Shown one piece after another: positions 54,126 through 62,668 of a DNA stretch of 64,000 nt. The notes under the pieces are model-generated. The model was not told the origin of the DNA and searched no databases. It was given only the letters and a program-made list of their open reading frames with translations. The stretch is from an uncultured beta proteobacterium. Its GTDB lineage: Bacteria; Pseudomonadota; Gammaproteobacteria; Burkholderiales; SG8-41. Where the stretch lies: the NCBI GenBank assembly GCA_963804885.1, contig CAWDSF010000017.1, forward strand, positions 241-64,240. The letters are read 5' to 3'. Every line of letters starts with the position of its first letter. Positions within the stretch are counted from its first letter, which is position 1. A program made the translations under genes and the position numbers.

Positions 54126-56058
54126 CACATCGAGCAGCGTTCCGCGCGCGCGTACGCCGGGCCCGGACGAATCGCGTCGTCGAATCGGCGGCGCTACCTT
54201 CGCGCGCGCTGCTACGCCGCGCCAAATGCCCATCGGCGCGGAGTGCGGCGCGGGGTGCGTGAATTTTCGCGTATGGGCGCCCGACCACGGCGCCGTTGAC
54301 GTTGTCATCGGGGAAGCCAGCTGGCCGCTCGATGACGAAGGCAATGGTTACTTCTCCGCCAGCGTCAGCTCTATCGGACCCGGCACGCTGTACCGCTTCC
54401 GCCTCGACGAAAGCCCGGAGTTATTCCCGGACCCCGCCTCGCGCTTTCAGCCATTTGGCCCGCACGGCCCGTCAGAAGTCATATGCCCCGACACCTATCA
54501 ATGGCGCAACCCGCGACGCGGTGCGCAGCGCCGCGGTCAGGTCATCTATGAGATGCACATCGGCACGTACACGTCAGCCGGCACTCTCCGCGCGGCAGCC
54601 GGCAAGCTCGAACGCCTGGCGCGTTTGGGCGTCACCGTCATCGAACTGATGCCGCTCAACGGATTTCCCGGACGATTCAACTGGGGTTACGACGGGGTCA
54701 ACCTTTTTGCGCCCTGTCAGGTGTACGGCCGGCCGGACGACCTGCGTGCGTTCGCGGATGCCGCGCACGAAAACGGACTCGCCGTAATCCTGGACGTCGT
54801 CTACAACCATCTCGGCCCGGACGGAAATTATCTCGGCATGTTCGCCGCGAATTATTTTTCGCGCGACACACCGACCGAATGGGGCGACAGCATTAATTTC
54901 GATGGCGCGCATGCCGCCGGCGTGCGCGAGTTCTTCACCGAAAACGCCGCCTACTGGATCCGTGAATTCCGGCTCGACGGCTTGCGGCTGGACGCGACGC
55001 AATCAGTATTTGACCGCTCCCCGGTGCATATACTGGCGGAGGTCACGCAGGCGGCCCGCGCCGCGGCGGAAGAACCGCTGCTGATCGTGGCGGAAAACGA
55101 ACCGCAGGATGCGCGCCTCCTGCAACCGCCGCAGGCGGGCGGCGCCGGAATCTGCGCGCTGTGGAACGACGACTTTCATCACGCGGCGCGGGTTGCGCTG
55201 ACTGCTCATAACGAAGCGTACATGAGCGGTTACCGCGGCACCGCGCAGGAATTCGTCTCCCTCGTGCGCGCGGGTTTTCTCTATCAGGGCCAGTATTTCG
55301 CGTGGCAGAAAAAACCGCGAGGCCGGCGCGCGGCCAGCCTGCCGGGCGGCGCGTTGATCGCCTATCTGGAAAACCATGACCAGGTCGCCAACGGCGGCTT
55401 CGGCCGCCGGCTCGCGACGATTTGCGCGCCGGCCCAGCTGCGCGCGCTCACGGCGCTCCTGCTGCTGGGCCCCGCGACACCGATGCTGTTCCAGGGCCAG
55501 GAGTCGGGCAGCGCGGCGCCGTTTCAATTTTTTGCGGATCACGCGGGTGAACTGGGGGCGGCTACGCGCGAAGGGCGGCTGCAATTCATCGCGCAATTCC
55601 CGTCGCTCGCGAATCCGGACGTGCAGCGTGCCGCGCCGTCGCCGGCAGACGCGGCGACATTCGAGCGCTGCAAGCTGACCGATGCGGATCTCGCCGAAAA
55701 CGCCCATTTCAAATTTCATCAGGACCTGATTCGTTTGCGCAAAAGCGATCCCGCGTTCGCGGCGCAACGTCCAGAGTGCATCGAGGGCGCAGTCCTTAAT
55801 TCACGTGCGTTCGTGCTGCGCTTCGCCATACCGGATATCGAGGAAAGACTGCTCGTGATCAATCTCGGGCTCGACCTCCATCTAACGCTATGCGCCGAGC
55901 CGCTGCTGGCCCCGCCCGCGGGCGCTGCGTGGGAAGAGCTATGGTCGAGCGAAGCGCTCGCGTATGGGGGCAATGGCGCGCCGCCCGCCGTTAGCGCGCA
56001 AGGGCTGAATTTTCATGGCCGCAGCGCGATCGTGCTCGGCGCGCGGGTTTGCGAATGA
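54118..56058 (+). CDS. treZ: Malto-oligosyltrehalose trehalohydrolase (GH13)
   Basis: FRVWAP, PDPASRFQP.GPHGPS, YEMHIGT, WGYDGV, DVVYNHLGPDGNY, DGLRLDATQ, WNDDFHH, ENHDQV, PMLFQGQE. Confidence 0.9.
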   Translation: MNDTSSSVPRARTPGPDESRRRIGGATFARAATPRQMPIGAECGAGCVNFRVWAPDHGAVDVVIGEASWPLDDEGNGYFSASVSSIGPGTLYRFRLDESPELFPDPASRFQPFGPHGPSEVICPDTYQWRNPRRGAQRRGQVIYEMHIGTYTSAGTLRAAAGKLERLARLGVTVIELMPLNGFPGRFNWGYDGVNLFAPCQVYGRPDDLRAFADAAHENGLAVILDVVYNHLGPDGNYLGMFAANYFSRDTPTEWGDSINFDGAHAAGVREFFTENAAYWIREFRLDGLRLDATQSVFDRSPVHILAEVTQAARAAAEEPLLIVAENEPQDARLLQPPQAGGAGICALWNDDFHHAARVALTAHNEAYMSGYRGTAQEFVSLVRAGFLYQGQYFAWQKKPRGRRAASLPGGALIAYLENHDQVANGGFGRRLATICAPAQLRALTALLLLGPATPMLFQGQESGSAAPFQFFADHAGELGAATREGRLQFIAQFPSLANPDVQRAAPSPADAATFERCKLTDADLAENAHFKFHQDLIRLRKSDPAFAAQRPECIEGAVLNSRAFVLRFAIPDIEERLLVINLGLDLHLTLCAEPLLAPPAGAAWEELWSSEALAYGGNGAPPAVSAQGLNFHGRSAIVLGARVCE

Positions 56059-58094
56059 GCGCGACACCCGCCATCGTCGGCTGGCGCCACGGCAATCCAC
56101 TCGAACATCTGCTGGAGCGCGAATGGCTGGTAACCAACGGCCTCGGCGGGTACGCATCCGGCAGCCTATCCGGAGGCTGCACGCGGCGCTATCACGGAGC
56201 GCTTGTCGCCGCGCTGCCGGCGCCGCATGGCCGCACGGTATTCGTACCTTTTATCGACGAGCGCCTGACGGGCCGGCGCGGCAGCGTGCGCTTGTCGGCC
56301 ATCGAGACCACAACCGAAACCTGCCTCCCCGACAGCGAGTGGATTTCTGAAATCGGGCTTGAATGCGGTCTGCCAGTCTGGCGTTACCGTCATGGCTCGA
56401 CCGCAATCGAAAAAACCATCGCGATGCCGCATTTGCGCAATGCGACGTGCATACAATACCGGTTGACCACGCCCGCCCACGCTCCGATTGAACTCGAATT
56501 GCGGCCGTACATCCAGATACGCGCGCACGAGGCGAGCGTGACGGCGGGGTCAGTCGAGTTCGCGGTCGCAAGCCTGGATGCCGGCTTCAGGATTACGCAC
56601 GATGCTTTCCCCGATCTCGTGTTCAGCGCGAACGGCGGAACTTTCACGCGCGACGAGCGCGCGATCGACAACGTGCTATACCGCGTCGAGCGTGGCCGCG
56701 GCTATGACCATGTCGGCCGGCTTACGTCGCCGGGCTGCCTGCGGGTCACGCTGCGGTCCGGCCAGAGCGTCACGGTGCTGATCAGCGTCGAGGGCCCGAT
56801 CGATCCCGGCGATGTCGCGGCGCTGATTCCTGGTGAATTTGCCAGGCGGCGCGAGCTTCTGAATAAAGCCGATCCGACTTTGCGCCAGGGGCCCGCTGCG
56901 CAACTTATTTTGGCCGCCGATCAATTCATCATCGCGCCGCATACGCGCACGAACGACCGCGCCGACGCGCGCACCGTGATCGCGGGTTATCCGTGGTTTA
57001 CCGACTGGGGCCGCGACACCATGATCAGCCTTGAAGGCCTGTGCCTGCTGACGGGCCGCGCCAACGAAGCCGGCGCGATCCTGCGCACGTTCGCGGGCCA
57101 CACGCGCGATGGCCTGATCCCCAATCTGTTCCCGGAAGGCGAGAACGCCGGGCTTTATCACACGGCCGATGCGACGCTCTGGTTCTTTCATGCAGTCGAC
57201 CGCTATATCCAGGCGACCAAAGATTACGCGATGCTCGATGCGTTGCTGCCGGTGCTGCGAGACATTCTCGACCATCATCTGGGCGGCACGTGCTTCGGCA
57301 TCCATGTCGATCCCGTCGACGGGCTGCTCGTGCAGGGCGAGGCCGGCTATCAGCTCACGTGGATGGATGCGAAAGTCGACGGTTGGGTGGTCACTCCGCG
57401 CCGCGGAAAAGCAGTCGAGATCAACGCGCTCTTCTACAACGCGTTGAAGCTCTTCGCCGGATGGCTGCGCCGCACGGACCCCGCCGCCGCAGATCTGTAC
57501 GACAATCACGCACAACGCGCGTGTGTGTCGTTCAACGCGCGCTTCTGGAGCGAACCGCTCGGCTACCTCTACGATGTAATCGACGGCGAGCACGGCACCG
57601 ATTCGGCGCTGCGGCCGAACCAGCTGATCGCGATCTCACTCGCTCATCCGGTACTGGAACCCGGCCGCTGGCGCGCGGTGCTGCAGGTTGTCCAGCGCGA
57701 GTTGCTTACTCCCGTCGGCTTGCGCACGCTGGCGCGCGGCCATCCCGATTACAAGCCGCAATACGACGGCGATTTGCGCGCGCGCGATGCGGCGTATCAC
57801 CAGGGCACCGTGTGGCCGTGGTTGATCGGAGCGTTCATGGACGCCTGGCTCAAAGTGCATCATGACAGCCCGCGGGACGGGAAACGGCTCGTCGAAGCGC
57901 TTTACTCGCACCTGAACGCCGGCGGCATGGGGACGATCGGCGAAATTTTCGACGCCGAGAGCCCGTACCGTCCGCGCGGCTGCATTGCGCAGGCGTGGAG
58001 CGTCGCTGAATTGCTGCGAGTGACTGCTTTACTGCGCGAGCCGGCGGGCCCCGCCGCGCAGCGCTCGGTGCACGCCCAGGCGGCGGCCGGCTGA
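56055..58094 (+). CDS. Amylo-alpha-1,6-glucosidase (GDE-type glycogen debranching enzyme)
   Basis: EWLVTNGLGGYAS, IAGYPWFTDWGRDTMISL, TWMDAKV, PRRGKAVEINAL, AYHQGTVWPWL, QAWSVAE. Confidence 0.92.
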   Translation: MSATPAIVGWRHGNPLEHLLEREWLVTNGLGGYASGSLSGGCTRRYHGALVAALPAPHGRTVFVPFIDERLTGRRGSVRLSAIETTTETCLPDSEWISEIGLECGLPVWRYRHGSTAIEKTIAMPHLRNATCIQYRLTTPAHAPIELELRPYIQIRAHEASVTAGSVEFAVASLDAGFRITHDAFPDLVFSANGGTFTRDERAIDNVLYRVERGRGYDHVGRLTSPGCLRVTLRSGQSVTVLISVEGPIDPGDVAALIPGEFARRRELLNKADPTLRQGPAAQLILAADQFIIAPHTRTNDRADARTVIAGYPWFTDWGRDTMISLEGLCLLTGRANEAGAILRTFAGHTRDGLIPNLFPEGENAGLYHTADATLWFFHAVDRYIQATKDYAMLDALLPVLRDILDHHLGGTCFGIHVDPVDGLLVQGEAGYQLTWMDAKVDGWVVTPRRGKAVEINALFYNALKLFAGWLRRTDPAAADLYDNHAQRACVSFNARFWSEPLGYLYDVIDGEHGTDSALRPNQLIAISLAHPVLEPGRWRAVLQVVQRELLTPVGLRTLARGHPDYKPQYDGDLRARDAAYHQGTVWPWLIGAFMDAWLKVHHDSPRDGKRLVEALYSHLNAGGMGTIGEIFDAESPYRPRGCIAQAWSVAELLRVTALLREPAGPAAQRSVHAQAAAG

Positions 58095-58215
58095 GCGGCC
58101 GGCAACGACTCGACATCTCTGGAATAGGCGCGCTCTTACAACTCGAAAGCGCTTCTCCGATACCACCCTGGCCCGCCACGTTATAGCCTTGCGTAGTCGT
58201 CAGGAGCGTATTGCG

Positions 58216-58566
58216 GTGAAACGAAAACAATTAAGGCTCGGAAAAGGTTTTCGCGTCGTATTCGGCAACCGCCGTTCGCAAGCCGCGGAAATGGTGCTGC
58301 CGCCGGGCGACGCCGAAGGCGATGCGAAAAACCGCCATCACGGCGCCGATCAGTGGTTGTTCGTCATCGCGGGCACCGGCACCGCCCGGATCAACGGCAA
58401 ACGCTACGAACTCAAAGCCGGCACCCTGCTGTTGATCGAGCGCGACGACGAGCACGAGATTCGCAATACCGGCCGCGGCGATCTGCGTACGCTGAATTTT
58501 TACGTGCCCCCCGCGTATTCGAAAAGCGGCGACCCGCTGCCGGCGGCGCGGCCGGGCGGCTCGTGA
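58216..58566 (+). CDS. Cupin domain protein
   Basis: QAAEMVL, NRH.GADQWLFV..G.G, HEIRNTG, LNFYVPPAY; GTG start after AGGAG. Confidence 0.88.
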   Translation: MKRKQLRLGKGFRVVFGNRRSQAAEMVLPPGDAEGDAKNRHHGADQWLFVIAGTGTARINGKRYELKAGTLLLIERDDEHEIRNTGRGDLRTLNFYVPPAYSKSGDPLPAARPGGS

Positions 58567-58585
58567 TGAATGCGGCGCCTTACGC

Positions 58586-58891
58586 ATGTACCTCGTCCAG
58601 CTCCTGCTGCCCCTGTACGACAATTCGGGACGGCCCTTTGCGCCAGCCAAGCTGAACCGCGTGAAAACTCTGCTCACGCGCTCGTTCGGCGGGATAACGA
58701 TGTTCAGGCGCTCGCCGGCCGAAGGACTCAGCGAAGAGGCATCGGGCATGGTGCGCGACGATATCGTGATTTTTGAAGTGATGACCGCGCAGCTCGACCG
58801 CCAGTGGTGGAAAACATATCGCTGTCGCCTCGAGAAACAATTCTCCCAGGACCGCATCATCGTGCGCGCGTCGACGATCGACCTGCTGTAG
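58586..58891 (+). CDS. Conserved hypothetical protein (101 aa)
   Basis: MYLVQLLLPLYDN.G..F...FGG.T...RSPAEG...DDIVIFEVM...WW..YR..LE..F.Q..I; co-oriented within the operon. Confidence 0.75.
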   Translation: MYLVQLLLPLYDNSGRPFAPAKLNRVKTLLTRSFGGITMFRRSPAEGLSEEASGMVRDDIVIFEVMTAQLDRQWWKTYRCRLEKQFSQDRIIVRASTIDLL

Positions 58892-58898
58892 CGGCCGC

Positions 58899-60263
58899 AT
58901 GAGTCGACCATCCAAGCGCGCGCGCACCCGCAAACAAGCCGCCGCGGCCAGGTCAGCGGCCTCGGCCAAACCGCCGTTGGCCAAGCCAGCCGCCGCGTCG
59001 GCAAAAAAGCCTGCGCAGTCGTTGTGGGCGCGCCTGGGCCCCGGCCTCATTACGGGCGCCGCCGACGACGACCCGAGCGGAATCGCCACTTATTCGCAGG
59101 TCGGCGCTGGCTTCGGCTACAGCATTTTGTGGACGACGCTGTTGACGTTTCCGCTGATGGTCGGCATCCAGACCGTGAGCGCGCGCATCGGACGCGTTAC
59201 CGGCCATGGGCTTGCCGCGAACATCCGCCACTATTACCCGCGTCCTGTGCTGTACGGCGTCGTCCTGCTGCTGCTGCTGGCAAACACTATCAACATCGCC
59301 GCCGATATCGGCGCGATGGGCGCAGCGCTCGAGCTGTTGATCGGCGGCAATGCCCACTGGTACGGCGCGGCGTTCGGTGTCCTGTCCGCCGTGCTGCAGG
59401 TGTTCATCCCGTTTCGCAGATATGCGCCGATACTGAAGGCACTGACGCTCGCGCTGCTCGCCTATGTGGCGTCGCTGTTCATAATAGAAATTCCGTGGGG
59501 TGAAGTAGCGGTTGGCACGTTACTGCCCAGGCTGTCGCTCAAGCCGGAATACATCGTCGCCGTCGTCGCGGTTTTCGGCACCACGATCAGCCCTTATCTC
59601 TTTTTCTGGCAGGCCTCGCAGGAAGTCGAGGAACAGCGCGCGGCGCGCGGAGAAAAGCCGCTGGTCGAGGCGCCCGAACAGGCGCGCGCGGCATTGAAAC
59701 GAATCAAGCTCGACACTTATATCGGCATGGCGTTCTCGAATCTGGTCGCGTTCTGCATCATGCTGACGGCGGTGACGACGCTGCATCTGCACGGCATCAC
59801 TGATATCCAAAGCTCCTCCCAGGCGGCGCAGGCGTTGCGGCCGATTGCCGGCGATTTCGCGTTTCTGCTGTTTTCGGCGGGCATCATCGGGACCGGCCTG
59901 CTCGCAGTGCCGGTGCTTGCGGGCTCCGCGGCTTACGGGATAGCGGAAGCGTTTCGCTGGCGCAACGGCCTGGGCCTCGACCTCGCGAAAGCGCGCGGCT
60001 TCTACGGCATCATCATTCTCGCGACCGCGCTCGGCATAGGCATCAACTTTACGCCCATCGATCCGATCAAGGCCCTCTTCTGGAGCGCCGTGATCAACGG
60101 CGTGGTCGCGGTGCCCGTGATGATCGTGATGATGCTGATGGCGCGGAAGAAGGAGATCATGGGCGCATTTGTCGTGAAGCGGCGAAGCTTGGTCCTCGGC
60201 TGGGCGGCCACGGCGGTAATGGCCGTCATGGTAGTAGCCATGTTCGCGACGTGGGGGCGCTAA
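58899..60263 (+). CDS. Nramp-related divalent metal transporter
   Basis: GPGLITGAADDDPSGIATYSQ, NTINIAAD, GTTISPYLFFWQ, AVPVLAGS; many TM helices. Confidence 0.92.
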   Translation: MSRPSKRARTRKQAAAARSAASAKPPLAKPAAASAKKPAQSLWARLGPGLITGAADDDPSGIATYSQVGAGFGYSILWTTLLTFPLMVGIQTVSARIGRVTGHGLAANIRHYYPRPVLYGVVLLLLLANTINIAADIGAMGAALELLIGGNAHWYGAAFGVLSAVLQVFIPFRRYAPILKALTLALLAYVASLFIIEIPWGEVAVGTLLPRLSLKPEYIVAVVAVFGTTISPYLFFWQASQEVEEQRAARGEKPLVEAPEQARAALKRIKLDTYIGMAFSNLVAFCIMLTAVTTLHLHGITDIQSSSQAAQALRPIAGDFAFLLFSAGIIGTGLLAVPVLAGSAAYGIAEAFRWRNGLGLDLAKARGFYGIIILATALGIGINFTPIDPIKALFWSAVINGVVAVPVMIVMMLMARKKEIMGAFVVKRRSLVLGWAATAVMAVMVVAMFATWGR

Positions 60264-60410
60264 GGCGAGCCCGCAAACCACATTACGGATTAGGGTGGCG
60301 TCCAATTAGTGTGCCGGAGGCGTCCGCCATGCAAAGAGGCCGCGTGCCGACAGTAAGCGTCGAGTCCGTGAGCTATCTTGGCTCGTGCAGTCGACTCATT
60401 TGGGAGGCGC

Positions 60411-60695
60411 ATGATGACGGAACTCAAGTCGGCGTTAAGCCGCGAACTCACGGTCGGCAAGGCAAAGTACAAACTGACGGTCAGTCCGCAGGGATTCAAG
60501 CTCGTGCTCAAGGGAAAGCGCAACGGGCTTGAAATTGCATGGCATGACCTGATCAACGGCGATGCTGCCATGCCGGTGGCGCTGCGCGCGTCGCTGCAGG
60601 CTCCTCTTACATCCACCCGGTTTCACGCCGTGCGCAACCGCAAAAAAATCGCCGCCCGTCAAACGCATGCACTGATCGACGTACGGGCGACGTAG
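60411..60695 (+). CDS. Small conserved hypothetical protein
   Basis: RBS GGAGG; T.LK..L.REL....Y.LT.SP.GFKL..KG.R.G.E..W.DL..GDAA...AL.ASL. Confidence 0.7.
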   Translation: MMTELKSALSRELTVGKAKYKLTVSPQGFKLVLKGKRNGLEIAWHDLINGDAAMPVALRASLQAPLTSTRFHAVRNRKKIAARQTHALIDVRAT

Positions 60696-60793
60696 GATCG
60701 CCGCGGTCCAAATGTACGTCGGCGCTGTTATGCGGCGACGCTTCTACTCAATAATTACGATTGCGCATGCCGCACGGCAACCGGTCACGGATG

Positions 60794-61471
60794 CTACTGC
60801 GCTCGCATCAGGCGGTGGCTCGTCGCGTACAAATACAATTCCAGGCGGCCGGCCACCTGCAACTTGCTGTAGATGGCGGTGAGGTGATTGCGCAGGGTGT
60901 GCTCGCTCATGTGCAGCTTGTCTGCCAATACTTTGTTGCGCGCGCCTTTTTCCTGCATTAGCAAATCCACGATATGCCGTTCCTTCGGAGTCAGCGCGGC
61001 TATTTTGGACGCTTCTGGATCCCCCTTTTGGCCACGCGCCAGCGCCTGCAGCACATGGCCCACAGAGTGACGGTCCAGCCAGATTTCACCTTTATGCACC
61101 CTATCGATGGCGCGCAGGATAGTGCTCGCGGGTTCCTGTTTATGAATCACGCCGCGTGCGCCATGTATGATCGCCTGCTGATGTTCAAAAGGATCGCTCG
61201 ACCCCGTGAGCACAAGTACACGCGCCGCGCTCTGCCGGTTCAACTCCTCCAGAAAATCAACGCCCTTCTCACCATTGAGGTCAAGATCCAGCAGGATTAC
61301 GTCCGGATTGGCACCGGGGACGCGTGCGAACAATTCCGCCCGGTTCGTAGCCTGACCTACTACTACCATGCCGGGTGCCGCGGATTCGATCAGGCGCTCC
61401 AACCCCCACAGGATGGTACGGTGGTCGTCCACGAGGAATACCTTGATCGCGCTGACTGCACAGGGCTGCAT
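60794..61471 (-). CDS. NarL/LuxR-family response regulator
   Basis: REC domain (VDDH, LLDLDL, LT, K) plus LuxR HTH (LTPKER..NK.LA..L..SEHTLRNHLT.IYSKL). Confidence 0.93.
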   Translation of the reverse strand: MQPCAVSAIKVFLVDDHRTILWGLERLIESAAPGMVVVGQATNRAELFARVPGANPDVILLDLDLNGEKGVDFLEELNRQSAARVLVLTGSSDPFEHQQAIIHGARGVIHKQEPASTILRAIDRVHKGEIWLDRHSVGHVLQALARGQKGDPEASKIAALTPKERHIVDLLMQEKGARNKVLADKLHMSEHTLRNHLTAIYSKLQVAGRLELYLYATSHRLMRAQ

Positions 61472-61481
61472 AACGCTCCGC

Positions 61482-62156
61482 TCAGGACCTCAGCGGTATC
61501 TCGATGGAGACTACCGTATAACGACCGGAGCCGGTTTCAACCTTGCACTGCCCGCCTAGAGCGAGTGCGCGTTCGGAAATGGATCGGGGCCTGAATAATA
61601 CGTTCAGTGCCACTCCGCGGTCTCGCGGATTGACGATCTCCAGCACCAGCTTCTGCCTGGCGCACGATAATTTGACGCGCGCGAAGGAAGCGTTCGTGTG
61701 GCGGCGGATGTTGCTCAACGCTTCTCCCAATATATGGGCAACGTCGTCGGCGAACGCGTCGCTGACTTCGGCCTCCTCCCCGACTTCAACGTTAATCTTG
61801 AGGTCATAAAGCTCGGCAAAGCGGGCCACATTAACCCGCAACACTGATCCCAGCGTTTCGCGCGCGGGCCTGGGCTGGCCCTTGAGCCCTTTGACATATC
61901 GCCGCAGTCCCGCAATCTCCATCGATGTCATGTCCACCAGCCGCGCGATGTCTTTGTATAGTGGATGGTCGGGCGGGACTTTGCGCGCCAAAGCTTCGAG
62001 CGCGAGCTTAAGTCCGATATAAGGTTGAACCGCGCTGTCGTGGATATCGCGCGAGATTTTCTGCCGCTCGTCTGCGATTATATTTGCGTGTGGCGCCGGT
62101 GAGCTCGCGGAATATGATTGCAGTTGCGCCGTCGAAGTCGATCCGCTCATTGACAT
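61482..62156 (-). CDS. Sensor-less HisKA_3 histidine kinase-like protein with degenerate ATPase boxes
   Basis: ERQKISRDIHDS (H-box) and EALSNIRRH (N-box) are present, but G1/G2 read EIVNP...FRPRSISERA; start at 62156 or 62237. Confidence 0.8.
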   Translation of the reverse strand: MSMSGSTSTAQLQSYSASSPAPHANIIADERQKISRDIHDSAVQPYIGLKLALEALARKVPPDHPLYKDIARLVDMTSMEIAGLRRYVKGLKGQPRPARETLGSVLRVNVARFAELYDLKINVEVGEEAEVSDAFADDVAHILGEALSNIRRHTNASFARVKLSCARQKLVLEIVNPRDRGVALNVLFRPRSISERALALGGQCKVETGSGRYTVVSIEIPLRS

Positions 62157-62284
62157 CGCACGTCCAAGCCCCTTTATGCATGCCGCGGCCAGATCACACC
62201 GGCTAGCAATCTGAAACCCCAACCACGCCGACAGCATTTTGAAAGGAAAATCGCCGCGCCAATGTCAGCGTCATTCTGAATAAT

Positions 62285-62502
62285 TTGTAGGACACCTCCT
62301 GCGTTGCTAATGCCCGTTATTTTCGCCGATTTCCTCTCGGAAAAATGCCGAACCCCTTTGGCATATCGGATGCGGCGATATTCGCGATTTGCGTCGGGTA
62401 TAGTCCTACAACGTACGGCATTTTTCAGGCCCGCCAACACTTTGGGGGGCCTACAAACGCAAATCGTACGGATGATCGTTCCGTCCGCGTTCAGTCCTAC
62501 AA
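62285..62502. repeat. Cluster of CCTACAA/TTGTAGG motifs upstream of the kinase-regulator pair
   Basis: CCTACAA at 62405, 62450 and 62496 (spacing 45 and 46 bp), with an inverted copy TTGTAGGAC at 62285. Confidence 0.75.
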
Positions 62503-62668
62503 ATGCGTCAAGGTTGACGGTGCGAGGCGCAACCCGTCGTCACATGGTGAGCGAGACATGCGGCACTGCGACATGCTCCACGCATGCGCGGCTCAGTTCC
62601 GAGATATTGCGGCAACCGATACCGCCTGCTATCGAGCGAACTCCGTTATCCCGAATATCGCTGAAACG

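Noticed and set aside
62402-62503. CRISPR or iteron array
   Set aside because: The repeat core is only 7-11 bp with three copies, and there are no cas or rep genes. It fits transcription-factor sites better.
47727-62668. Integrative mobile element or prophage
   Set aside because: No integrase, transposase, tRNA target or long flanking direct repeat was seen. The shared 9-mer TGTAGGACA is better explained as a regulatory motif.
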